Shown here one piece after another: positions 14,267 through 26,720 of a DNA stretch of 64,000 bases. Origin of the DNA: Gnetum montanum (lineage: Eukaryota; Plantae; Gnetophyta); assembly GCA_015680685.1 (NCBI GenBank), contig MNCI01000952.1, positions 62,879 through 126,878 on the forward strand. Reading direction: 5' to 3'. Position numbers and translations under genes: made by a program. A model generated the notes under the pieces. That model made no database searches and was not told the origin of the DNA. It worked only from the letters and a program-made list of their open reading frames with translations. Position 1 is the first letter of the stretch; each line of letters opens with the position of its first letter.

Positions 14267-16399
14267 TTGTTAATAGGCATTGCTATATTCCTAATATATC
14301 ATGTTTGTTATATGTCTTAGGGTATATCTCTAGTTAAATTATTTTGGATCTTGACAACCTCCTTGCACCTAGAAAAAAGTAAAAAATCAAAAAATCAAAA
14401 GAATAAGAAGTTATGAACTCAATTCTAGTGAGCAATATTGAGTTATAAGGCTCTAATTTGACCACATGTCTTGAGGGTAAATATTGTTTAACAAATGTTT
14501 TATGTTTAATACCTTGACACACCTTATTAATATATTTAAAAACTCTAGAAGAATTCTAATTACTTAATTTCATACAATGAGCTAAAGTGAATTACTTATT
14601 TGCTTTTTTTAACTTTGGTTTTTCATTGATGGACCATTGTTGTATGTTATATTTTTAGTATTTTCTACCTTTTTTTTGTATTGTGGTATGGACCATTAAG
14701 GCAAGGTAACTCAAAATTGGTAACACAATCCCTACCTACACAACAAGGTAGATGTGACCTATGAATAAAAAGGGTCCTAACACAAGACTATTAGACTACT
14801 CCCACATCGAAAAATGCAAACAAGAATCAAACTTTTATTTAATTATTTTATAATTAATATACAAAAATAAATTTATTAACATGGAATGCGACAAACCACT
14901 TTGAATACGTTGCTTAAAAAATCTAGGAATGAGCCAACTTATTGTCCCATCATTAAAGGACTCCAAAGGAAGATGTTAGTGACAAGGAGGGACCATGTCT
15001 AACTACAATATGCATGACAACTAAAACGCACATATTATTGGCCATGGCTGGTGTTGGTGAGTCAATTCCAATGCATATCTCTCCGTGGAAAACAAAATTG
15101 ATAACAAGGAACTTGCACAAAGGCAATTATGACTCTACGGATCAACCACGTTCAGCTGCCCGTAAACGTGACAGGCGTGACGTGGACAAATTTGATTGCA
15201 TTTGCCATGCATTCCGTGCCCGCTCACGTTTGAACACAATCCCCATTCCAAGATTCCCTCACGGTTGCGGTTCATTGCATGGATGGATACCTGTGAGGAT
15301 GGACGAACCTGCTTATCACTTCAGTGGTCAAAGATTTGTATTTAAATGTGTCAAGGCAGGCTACCCCACGAATTATTTATTTATTGCCAACACAGGACTC
15401 TCAAGATGCTCTCATCTCATTCCTCATCCACACGACCACCAGCCCGCCCGCCCGCAGGACGTGACCTTCTCCCCACTCCCCAGTCCCCACTTTGAATGAG
15501 TCTACTGTATTATTTGAATATGTTACTTGCCAACACCCTTCTCTGTGGTTATGTTTTAGAATGGGAAGAACTTGAACTCTCAAGATGCTCTCATCTCATT
15601 CCTCATCCACATGCCCGCCCGCCAGACGTGACCTCTCCCCATCCCAGTCCCCACTTTCGATTAGTGTACTGTACCACATGAAACATGAAATGAGTTTAGT
15701 GTATATACTCACCTACACCAGATGCAACTTGCACCACTTGAAACATGAATTGTGATAATGCTGCAATCCCAATACAACGATGATAACGCTCTCCATCGAC
15801 AGACAGCCTGTCACACCATTTTTGTTTCGTTCTCTTCTCTTCAACTCAACGCACATCTACAACCTTTCCGTGTCTGCGCCTGCCAACTTATTGTAATATA
15901 ATAATAGTGTTAACTTTGTACGTAGCTAATTGTAGTCTCAACTCTCGTTGCAAGACTGCCATCATCACCAATCACTTGTGTTTTGTGCTGCTCACGTCCT
16001 CAAGTGTCTCACAATTGTTGCGAAGCCAATTGGCAGTTGCTTTGGTTGAGCTTTCCAAGTGAGTGCTACTGCTATCAACCATGGCGGTATCAGCATGCTC
16101 ATCATCATCATCAGGTAAGAAGAATGCATGGGTGCACGTGTACGTGATGGAGTTGGAGAATAATGAAGGAAAATAAAGCATTTAGGTATCAAGTTACATA
16201 ACCAAAGCCTTTATTGTAATTAACGAGTCTTGCCTCCTCAACTAATGTTACTTTCTAATAATTATTAAAAATATCTAAAATAATGATTAACGAATCAATG
16301 CCAATGCACATAGAATAAAGCAACAACATTGTACAATAGCAACAACCAAAATAGTCAACATTACCAGAAGTACCAGAAGTACATACAAAGTAATGTAGA

Positions 16400-16652
16400 A
16401 TTACAGTTTAGGTGGTTTGGACATGTGCAAAGAAGTTTAGCCAATGAGCCTATAAACTAAGGTTGCTACATCACTATTCTAAGAAAAGCCACCAAAAGGA
16501 AGACCAAAGAAGACAAAGGAAAAAATAGTTGAAGATGATTTGAAGAAATTGCAAATAATCAAGGATCTAGCTCCTCAGATAAGTGAATGATAAAAAAAAA
16601 AATTCATGTAGCCGATTCTATTTTGCTGGAACAAAGCTAGGATGATGATGAT
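16400..16652 (+). mobile_element. 3' end of an RTE-clade LINE with (GAT)n tail
   Basis: Translates RWFGHVQR..KGRPKKT..IVEDDLKKL..DLA..IHVAD and ends in gatgatgatg. Duplicate at ~45297-45543. Confidence 0.75.
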
Positions 16653-16989
16653 GCCTTCAATAATGCAATCTAAAGAAAAATAAGTCATTGTAGTAGAAGG
16701 TTTTTATGTAAAGAAAAAGGATGGTGAACTAGTTATTCCTAATATTAATACTCCTTGAAGGTTGTAATGTTCTATTTTCCAAATTTTTACTAATGAAAGG
16801 ACTATGGTTAAGACATTTATCTATGGTTCATTTGCCATATTCATTGATGAATTCATGAATGAAGGAGAGTTTACTTATGTGTGTGTATTACTTCATGATT
16901 AGCAATCACAAGGACAAGTATACACTCGTAATTTATAATATTCATCAACTCCTTGACAAAATGCTAAAAGAATCTTATGAAACTATTGC

Positions 16990-17805
16990 TTAAAGGGGAG
17001 TGTTAGACTTCAAGTAATTTGTTGTGTAAAATCATTAGTTTTGTAACTTTGTATGTTGATTCATAATTATTCATAGGATCATAATTGTTAATCATGAAAC
17101 ATTGTAACCCTCCTTATGGAATAAAGTATGAGCATCATTTAAGTTACAAAAGTGTATGTAGAAGAATAAGAATAATAATGCAAGTGATCTACAATTCAAT
17201 CAAGAAGAAGAAAAAAAAGAAGTGCAAGACAATGAATTACCAAGCATTATAAGAAGTATGATACGATAACCAACGATCATAAACTACAATGAACTTTGTA
17301 ATTAAAAAGTTGGAGTCATAAAACATCCTTTGTTAGAGAAATAAAGGTATCATGTATGACTTTGAAGTGAGTTAGGATTCAATTTTCTAAAGAGGAAGAG
17401 AAGATCCAAGTTGATCAAGACATAAGCCTGATCTAATTTGTTAAATAAGAAGAGAAGATCACCTAGAACGTTTTGTTGAAGTAAAGAAGAAAGTTACAAA
17501 CAAAGGTAGCTAAGTTGTACACAGAGATAGTATGTAAGTTGGCTAGGGATGACTCTAGTTGCCATTTTATGTTTAATAATCAATGTTATAAATTGTAATT
17601 TATGATATTCATAAATATTCTTAAGTTATGAGAATTGTTACAAAGAGAGTAAGTGTGAGTAGTTATGAAGCTAAGTGACTAATCACAATATTCTTGGGTA
17701 TATTAGAGTTGTGAAATAATATAAAACCTTAGGTAGTATATGAATTTTCTATTTATTTACATGGTTTGGGCATTTTTCATTGTAAAATAAGTGTAGAAAT
17801 TAACA
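16990..17805 (+). mobile_element. Degenerate PPT plus LTR remnant (Copia-like)
   Basis: ttaaaggggag immediately before TGTTAG at 17001; possible end ..taaca at 17805. Confidence 0.4.
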
Positions 17806-18246
17806 AACAATGACACTCTTTGAAAAATCAACAAAAGATTAAATGGCTCAACAAAACATATTACTTCATAATAATTTTTAGATTAGATATTAAAATTTGA
17901 AGTCCACTTACAAATGGTCAACATTGCATATTTATTTATAAATAATTTTATATCATGGTGCATGATTGAAGCATTACCTAACTTAAGAAGCATTTAGTTA
18001 CATAGCCAACTTCAATTACAATGTAAGAAACCCAAAATTTGAATGAACACATACCATAATATAAGATTAGCAAACAATGACTCATATACATTATTAAAAT
18101 GACAAAATCATGGTTTTAGTTGCATCAACATCATAAGACATCACAAATTTTTTCTCACAAGGTTGTAAATCTATGTTCCAAAAATCAAAAAACATAGGTA
18201 CACCCTAAGATTTATAGAAGTTTATAGAAAAGTTCATAACTTAGTG

Positions 18247-18590
18247 CTACCTAGTAAAATCAAACCTATGACCTAGGGTTACTAAGCTAAAACTTGTACC
18301 ACTAGGCCACCACCTTATTAATAAACAAATAAAATAAATAAATAAAAGAAATTGCAAGTAATTTAAAATATCCAACAAGGGAATGACAATTTTGAAGAAA
18401 GTGGATCCACTAGAAGTGGGGTGTCGGAACTCCAAATAAGTCATAGGTACACCCCTAGATTTAAGAAGTTTATGACTCATACTACCTAGTAGAATCAAAC
18501 CGGTGACATGGGGTTACTACACCAAGACCTATACTACTAACCTAACTATGGGGTTACTACACCAAGACCTATACTACTAACCTAACTAAC
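18247..18590 (-). repeat. Tandem degenerate tRNA-like/SINE units plus a 40-bp local duplication
   Basis: Minus strand ggtggcctagtggta..ggtttgatt occurs twice. ggggttactacaccaagacctatactactaacctaact occurs twice at ~18510-18590. Confidence 0.4.
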
Positions 18591-18718
18591 ACCGCCTGGC
18601 TCAGGTCTCACGTGACTCCCAGATTCAGCCTTTTGCTCTGAGGCCGCAGTTAGCCGCTTCCGCCAATACCGCTAAAACCCTAGCGCAGAGCCAGCGAAGC
18701 TCTGAAACTGATATTGAT

Positions 18719-19180
18719 TTGGACCGCCAGGAAGAGCTTCCGCTCAGGCATTTGTCTCTGTGCGAGCAGCTCCAACAGCAACGCGCCCATTTCCGGGAAG
18801 TTGTGAATGACATGGCAGGCAAGGCAGAGGAAGCCATGAAGAACGTGTCTGCACTAGTGGAGCTCTTGAAACAGGGAATCGAAGCGGCCGACAAGATTAT
18901 TGCGAAAGAGAATGAGTCCAATACTACGACACAGGTTGCTTCTGCTTCGTCTTCTAACGTTGTTGCTTCTGTTTTTCCGGATCCGCCTCGGCTTCTGCCT
19001 GGTGATCCTCCTACCCCTGCTACTGCTTCTTCTTCCGCTTCTTCTTGGTATAAGTCGGCTCAGCCACCGCCTGTGCCTACTCTTGTTCCTGCACACCAGC
19101 AAAGCATGTTTGCGTCTCCGCTTCCACCGTCTCGCGGAAGAAAAGGGCACCGAGATCTTTTTTCTTCCTTTCAAGTTTAG
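18719..19180 (+). CDS. Orphan ORF (helical N-part, Ser/Pro/Ala-rich C-part) in a CpG-rich island; possibly a gene fragment
   Basis: 153-codon ORF starting at TTG (first ATG 18812), telo-box AAACCCTA at 18675-18682, CpG retained. Paralog in copy B is broken. No family recognised. Confidence 0.35.
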   Translation: MDRQEELPLRHLSLCEQLQQQRAHFREVVNDMAGKAEEAMKNVSALVELLKQGIEAADKIIAKENESNTTTQVASASSSNVVASVFPDPPRLLPGDPPTPATASSSASSWYKSAQPPPVPTLVPAHQQSMFASPLPPSRGRKGHRDLFSSFQV

Positions 19181-20355
19181 TCATTTTGTGTCTTCAAATG
19201 ATGTTCTCCTTGGTTGCAACCGTTTGAATTTTGTTTCTTTTTGTAAATATCTCTGAAATACATATTTTCCTACCTGGTGATTGTGAATGGGATATTTTTA
19301 ATTCTAAACCCAATAATCCAGTATTAAGATTAGTGATTACCAATCATGCATAGCATATTTTCGTTTCTTGTCTGCGGCAGATTTGGTCTCTGCTGTCTTG
19401 AAGATCTAAATCCAAAGCGTACTTTATAATTTTTAATAATTAAACTACTTTAAAATTAGTTTAATAAATCTAGTTGAATTATTAAATGTTGGCATAACAA
19501 TCAAGAGTGTATTCACAATGCCGTATTCCAGATCGCAAGAACAATTGTATTTTTTAAGGAACTGTTTTTTTAATAGGATAGAAACAGGGCATTTTACAGT
19601 GGGCCATCACAAATCAAGAAAAATTATATCAGAACAAAAAGAATTGCACATTTAAAGGCTTCACACACCACAGTTTCTGCTGGGAAGGAGCGCGATTCTA
19701 TACAAATGAAGGGGAGAGTGTTTGCTGAAAACATAAAAGAATTGCAAGGTAATCGAATGCTGCAGCAAATAGGTTGAAACAAGAAACCCCATGCTTTGTT
19801 AGTAACAAATGAGCCCTCACCAAACCTCTCTAATCTATTGCTGATTTTTTCAAAATAACAGACAGAATATTGTATTTTCAGATATAGTTTAATATGAACC
19901 AAACCCATGACCTGCCGCTTAACATGCAGACGCGCTAATAGATAAGGAAGGAACGCATATCCGTAATCATTCTAAATGCTCCAAAGTCTAAACCAGCTTT
20001 GCTCAAATATTTGTTAGTTTGATGTATAATGAGATTTTTTAGATGCCATCCCGTGTAAACCATAAATGTTATTTAATCTTCAGGACTTACTTATCGACAT
20101 TAATACACATTTCTAATGTTATGGATCAACTATCAAGCCACAAAAACAAGATTGTATGCAATGCTAATCATACTTGAACTTACAGGACCAGATCTATTTC
20201 AAGGGAATTATTAAGCATCGACCAGGTTAAGCCTAAAATAACATTACGTAACAGATCGACTTGTTTAGCTAAGATAAGGGCATTACTGACTAGCTCTACT
20301 CTTATCCCCACAGAACAGAGCCATATGCTCTTGTGTAATTGTATGGCATAAATTT

Positions 20356-21247
20356 TCAGCAGCGGAGGTTGTAGCCAGGATAAACGCCAAACCATGAACA
20401 GAACTTCTTGTAATAATTGACACGATCTGTAACAGCAGCTGTATATCCACCGTTGCATTCACGGCCGTTGATGTATCGGATAGTCTGTCCGAATCCCTGT
20501 CCTGAAGTGATTGCGTTATGGCATCTGCTATTCACCATCCAGAACCACACTGCGGTCTTCCACGACAGCACTCCATTTGTGGCCACAAGATCCGGATTCT
20601 TCAGCAAGCCCAAGTTAAAGTAATCTCCTGCCGCCCCGTAGTTAACATTCCTACATCACCTCAAACAAACAATATGCCATCTACTTCTAAATATTTTCGC
20701 AATTGTTAAAGAATACACACAAACTTTTATTAATGAATTACCCTGTGAGTTGGAGGGGTCCTCTACCAAAGTACTTAACGCCATTGGCGCAGGGATACTT
20801 CGTGCTGGACTGACAGTAAGTTCCCCGGTTAATCTCTCTTATATGGCACAAGCCTGAAATCAAATTTAAAAACCAACATCAAACTAATTTCGAATGGATA
20901 TAGAAGATTAGAAGATGAGTGTGATAACAATTTAATTTCTACAGATCGTTTCAGTAGTTACTGCCAGTCTCATGGGCAACGTTGGCAAAGAAGGCAGCGA
21001 CTTCCCGTTTCCTCATGGCAAGAGATCCGGTGTTGGCAAACGCTGAAAAGGCATTGGCGGCTTGCACAAAATCAGCGTACTTGTAGAAGCTCTTGCCTGC
21101 ACAACTGGCAGGCGCTCCTGAGAGGATTCTATCAAAGAAGCTCTGTGGAGGCTGGTACCCTTCAACATTTTGAACATACACCATTGCCAATATCAAGACA
21201 ATGGGCAACAATAATTTCTTGACCCTGCCCATGCCGCAATTCGCCAT
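20356..21247 (-). CDS. Secreted loop-less GH19 chitinase, paralog 1 (exons 21247-20962, 20853-20742, 20650-20356; 230 aa)
   Basis: GT-AG introns give an in-frame 693-nt CDS: signal peptide, [89 protein letters not shown]. No chitin-binding domain. Confidence 0.95.
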
Positions 21248-21295
21248 TTCTCCTTCTCTTCTACTTCTGTTGCAGAACCCTACTTGGGCACCAAC

Positions 21296-21303
21296 TATTT
21301 ATA
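21296..21303 (-). promoter_or_regulatory. TATA box of chitinase 1
   Basis: CTATAAATAG on the minus strand about 50 bp upstream of the ATG, conserved in paralog 2. Confidence 0.65.
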
Positions 21304-21499
21304 GCGATAGGTTCAGTCTGGAAGGCGTTATTTATGCAATTGCATCGCCATTTGCTTGGCAGACTGGATGTTTTCGTTTGATTAATTCGTTACCGTAAAT
21401 GATCCACGGGATTTTAAAAGCTTTTGATCATTTAGTTGCCTTGATCCTCAACCATCTCTAAAATCGCATGAAATTTGTGGCTACGCTACAAAAATTTAN

Positions 21500-24400
21500 G
21501 TAACCTCTTTGGATAAGGATGAATCATTGTAGCTTAATGTAATGAAAATCATATAAATATTTTTGATATTTTAATGTTTAAGACATTCATAGTATAAAAT
21601 AAAGGAAAAACCATGAGCTTTATTCACTATGCAAATACTAGACTCTACATTAACTAAATGGTTCTATGGTACGTAACCAAGGTAGCACTTTGGTAGAGCC
21701 TAGCTGTACTTGTAAAAGTGATAACTTAAAACACACATACAAAATAAGAAGAAAATCAACTTACTTAAGGGAGGAAGATATCTTCACACAAATCAGACAT
21801 CAAATGCCAAAATTAAATGAATATTATGACTAAGATGTATATGAAAGCTTATCCTCGGTATTTATAGTTTTCGCAAAGTAACAATAGAGGTTCACTAGTG
21901 CCCAGGAATTAATAGAGGTTCATCAATGTAACCTTGATTGATATTAGTCACACCACAAGCGAAGTAAGTTGAACTAAGCCAGGCAGGGGTTGTGTTAGTG
22001 CCCCTACACTAATGCAGAGGGTGCATTGATGAAGCTTATTCAGTATACCCCCCCTCCTATCATACTTTAAGCCACAAGTTCTAGATGAAAATTGGAACAT
22101 TATGGGACATGTTGAAAGGCCCTTAGAATGTCCAAAAAAAGTTAAAAACATCATAAGGAACTTAGAACATGCACACAACCTAGAAATATGATACATGAGG
22201 CAAGAGTGAATCCCTATGAGACACAAACATAAACTAAAAATGATAGAACTACAAACACGGGACACATGAAAAACTTTTGCAAATCTAAGGCTTACAATGG
22301 ACTAACAAAATGCCCCGAGATGACTCATCATTCTTCCATGACTAATTAAAGCTATTACCATACCTTTAAAACCAAAGACATAAAAACAAGAACTAGACAC
22401 ATGACAAGATCAATGTGAAGGAATTACAAATGTAAAAATAACTCTAACATAAAACACATTACAAAATGATTACTCTAAGAAGAGAAGCTAGGGAATAGTG
22501 GCTGATAAGAAGAGTTTCTTAACATGCTTGCAAAACTGAAGATGACTCAAGCTTGATGGAAATCTCTGAAAAGTCTTTTGGCTTGTACTTGAGTGCCAAT
22601 TATTATGAATGTCCCCTACTTGTAGTATAGAAATGTGATCATTTTACCTCTAGATGTACTTTTGAGAGAGGCCTGCCAAGTCCTAGATCAAACTAGTATT
22701 CTTCAGGTGGTGTCTTTCTACCAGTCCATAGCTTGGGGCCTAAAATCTCTTGACCAATATTTGCATGGGCCTCAGGTATGCATAGTGCAGATGTCTAAAC
22801 ATGTTAGACTATAGTAATGCTAAAAATCATGTAAAATATTTAAGCATTAAACCATCATTAAAGAAATTATGCATGAAAATAATGGTAAGTGTAATTCCAA
22901 TATATATATATATATATATATAAAGAACAAAATCACAGTTGAATGCTAAACACATACATGGGTATGATGAATGACATAGATGTGAATTGAAAATTACATA
23001 CCCAACTGTGTGACTCCCCCATAACTGAATTACAAGATACCAACCTTGGACAACATGAATTAAACGCATATATTAAGGAATACAAGCACAACAAATAAAG
23101 GCATAAACATAAGAATTAATAAGAACATGCCTACCATGCATCCTAAACAAGTTAAAAGGCTCTAAAACATGTAATACCATCAACAAAATAAACTGAGACA
23201 TACAAGAACATGAAGTATAACTTAGTTAGACATTCAATCCATAATCAAAATAAGTAGGTAGAGAATAAAGGTGAAAATAAATAGTCTTGGTTAAACCATT
23301 AGGCTCATGAAATCACAACCACACAAATAGAAGATTAATTAAGTGCCTTATGTCATGCAACTGTTGCTACCTCTAGGAAATAACCTTGAGCTCACTCACT
23401 CACAATGCCAAGCCACCAATGATTCATAAGTTGGTCCTCCTCATAGCACACACTTGTCTTTTTTTCCCTTGTGATACTTGTTAATGGAATGCCCATGGAT
23501 TCCCAACAACTAGTAAGACATCATCATTAACTACGAGTCCAACATCCTAGATGATGAAATCTCATTCTCCATTTCACTCAATCAACTCCCTATCATATAC
23601 AACATTGCATGTAATAAAAGGAAAGAGTGAGAAAGAATAAAAGATGGATAAGAGAGGGAATGCCAGACTGCAACATTACTAGATCCTTAGCCAACCATTC
23701 AATTAGCTCATGGGAGCATGTGAGCACATCCTACACTCCACGAAAGATCTACTATCATATCCCTTCACTGCTACTTGTTCACATGGTGGGGATAGATCAT
23801 CAAGTCTCCCTTCCATGTGCAAGTTCATACCTACCACTATTGGTGCCATCTAGCCTTGATTGTTTTGTGGTCTAACCATTGGTGAAACTAAACCAAGACA
23901 ATCTATCATAGATCCTTTAGAAGTCAATACTATGATTTGATTTTCCTCCAATCGTGCATGCATGCATACTAGGTTGCATGAATTTTTCTTTACTAGAAAC
24001 CTCTCATTGATCCCTCTGGTTGTGCTAACTAATCCTAATCATAACAGTGATTACAATACAATGACCAAGTAATTAGATTTTTCGTGATGCGATACGATCA
24101 TGGTTTGGATCAAAGGTTATGATCTTGACTCCTAGGAATAAATGAATTCATGATTTTGGTGGAAGTAACATTTGACATTACCAAAGTTTACTAAAAGAGA
24201 GACTTCTAGGCCTTCATGGTTATGGGTAGGGATGATCAAGAGATTATATTGGACTATTATATTTGGAAGTTAAGTGATCTAGAAAACAAGTTAAACATGA
24301 GATAGACTTACATGTGTATTGGTCTAACCTCTTATTCTGATCGGTTTAGGATGATAAGAACACCAATTTGTGTGAACTGTTGAGCTTTGTATCATATTAC

Positions 24401-24780
24401 TCTTTCTATTATCTTCTCTTCTCCTCATTATTATTCTTATTATTTTTCATTTATTTTTTCTATTGTTTTTCATTTTTTTCCATTTCTTTCATCATTTTTC
24501 ATCTTTTCTTTCCTTTATGAGAAGAGGGTTTTTCAAATAATGCGTAGGAATTTTGGAAATGATTAAAGTGCTAGATCATCGCTTAGAGTCTTCAACTTAT
24601 ATAAACATGAGAATTCATCCCTCACCACATGGCACACATAAGTCCATGAGATCATGCACCTCTTCTAATTAGCATGGCTAGGTATGGTAGCACATGCACC
24701 TTAGTCCAATCACACTAATTAGACCTATCTAGTGATCACAAGGATTCTTGATGATACACCCTTTCCTTGTCAGTGATCAA
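21500..24780. mobile_element. Decayed LTR-retroelement sequence abutting the chitinase 1 promoter
   Basis: Begins (n)gtaacc, likely a TGTAACC LTR terminus. First ~1 kb is an inverted homolog of 333-1371. Strongly CG-depleted; contains a (TA)n tract at ~22900-22922. Confidence 0.45.
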
Positions 24781-24814
24781 GCACTCTTCTAAAATTCTAG
24801 AGCTTGCACCTTGG

Positions 24815-25880
24815 AAATTGGAAACTAGAAATTTTTATTATATGTAGAAAATCACAAAGGATTTGCTAGATGGTTACAAAGCCTCAGTATAGAGGATTAA
24901 TTTGAAAGAAAGCAATCAATAGATTATAATTAATAGTATAACTCAATCGAATGTAAGCCAAAGATGGGAAAATTAGAAAAAATATATTCATCTTCTATGC
25001 TTTATTTGTATACTATGCAAATACACTCTTCTCTTGGTAAACTGATCTAACAACCTATCTTAATAAGGAGAATGTGAGAGCTCATTCTTGCTTTGGCAAT
25101 TTGATTCCTTAAATGAATAGGAATAGCTAAGAATATATAATTTTGAGTACTAGATAACAAACCTCCTCTAACAGAGTGTAAATAAAAATGCCATTTTCTT
25201 AATGTGTTTAAGAAAACTTTACCCAAGAGCTTTTCTTTTATAGTTTTCTAGAAGAGCCTTTTCTTTATAAAAAGATCTTTTATTACAAGATTTCATGATT
25301 GAAGCCATAATTTTCCTTGATGTGACCATCCATTTTCTTATGTAGCATTCATTATCTTCTTAGCATAATTAACTTCTTCCATGTGACTTAAATTTTGAGT
25401 ATAAACAATAAATTGACAAAGGGCTTCAACTTTAAGAGGAAGCAAATCTACTTCTAAGAGCAAGATATCATAAGAAGTCTTCATTTTCAGTTGAAATTTA
25501 CATACAATAAATTGTTTTTGAACATGCTCTAATTTTCTCCAATTATGTGTAGAAAGAGAAGGTTCCCAAGCAACACACGCATATAATAATACACATTGGA
25601 CAAGACTATGAAAAAGTTTCTTTATGATCTTCCATGCCAAAATCTGTTTCATGCTACAATTATTTCTTAGAGCAAATAGAACTCACATATTACTTGAAAT
25701 TATTTAAGAAATAAGGGTATTGCAACTATAATTATTGGCAAATTAAATTGCCAAATATTTATAAGATTCACATCTATCAATAGTTTTTTCTCTAAGGAAA
25801 AAATTGTAATTTCTATTTCTAGTACCAAAAACTAGAATTGTAGTCTTATCAATACTAACTTTCGTATCAGAATGGTTGTA
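24815..25880 (-). mobile_element. Second RTE-X-like LINE fragment (RT end and C-terminus)
   Basis: Direct homolog of 2420-3420; ORF reads LFHSLVQCVLLYACVAW..KLEHVQKQF..YDILLLEVDLLPL. Confidence 0.8.
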
Positions 25881-26399
25881 GTAATAATAAGGCTTGGGAT
25901 TAAACCCATAATCTTAGGTTCATGAAATCAAATTCTAAGATGTGGATCCACCACCTGCTCATGATTCTAATAGCATAAGCTTCAACAGTTTGCAATGGAA
26001 CTATTCCTCATTAAATTTAAGCCTAGTTCATCGATGATGGATTCAGAAAAGTAGGTTGATGAATTTCATTGTGAGATCATTCCATCTATCAAGGTTCCAC
26101 TTTGGACCAGTTTAGCACTCTCAAATCATCATCATATTTGTAACTTACCCATCCACCATTGGATTATTAGATGAGCATTCATAAAGCATATTAGTTAGTT
26201 TTCCCTCACATACAAACATGCATAAAGAAAAGAAAAGATCATGAATGATTAATTATTAAGCTCAAAAAATGTAAAATTTCAAACTAAACATGTCAACTTT
26301 ATTAAAAGACATAAACAAAATAAAAGAAAATTAATAAAATTCAACATGGCATGTAGGATTCCTCCTCCACAACTAAACCATGCCTATAACCTAATAGAA

Positions 26400-26720
26400 C
26401 TTTGAGTGTAAAATACAAAATTTCTTGTTATGTATTCTTATATAGGAAAGACATTTTTTGTAGTACTTTGTTGCCTATTGACTAAAAAAATTTTATTTGG
26501 CTCATTTGGATGGTAAATATGTGTTATGCCAAATTCGTAATTAGTGTGGATGGTATAGGATCATTTTCATTAAAATTGAAAATTTTCCAAATGCAACAAG
26601 TATGATGGATTGAAATAGAGGACCTTATCACTAGGTTTGAAATCAAAGTGTCTTACATGAACATCATTGTAAGCCTTGGTGTAGGAATGTTCTAACTTGT
26701 TATGCATTAATGTGAGTCTA
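26400..26720 (-). mobile_element. Athila-type integrase C-terminal fragment
   Basis: TKAYNDVHVRHFDFKPSDKVLYFNP resembles TKxxHD..FxxGDKVLLFN upstream of the GPY/F motif. Confidence 0.55.

Larger units (their letters stand above)
9885..21498 (+). repeat. Segmental duplication, copy A (direct repeat of ~39790-59727)
   Basis: Collinear similarity across the Athila 5' half, LINE ORF1, SINE heads, CpG-rich segment, RTE tail, orphan ORF and chitinase, with identical insertion junctions. Homology ends at the n at 21499. Confidence 0.9.

Noticed and set aside
14045-18590. Functional tRNA genes
   Set aside because: A/B boxes are degenerate and I could not form full cloverleaves; treated as SINE remnants.
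20356-21247. Bacterial/phage origin of the QLTG-type chitinase
   Set aside because: It has spliceosomal introns and is a close paralog of the canonical copy, so the motif arose locally.
20180-21398. Antisense and alternative-frame ORFs over the chitinases (also 58645-59428)
   Set aside because: Shadows of the spliced GH19 coding sequence.
21500-25880. Extension of the segmental duplication to include 333-3420
   Set aside because: One match is inverted and the flanks of the LINE fragments do not align; independent repeat copies are the simpler explanation, though not excluded.
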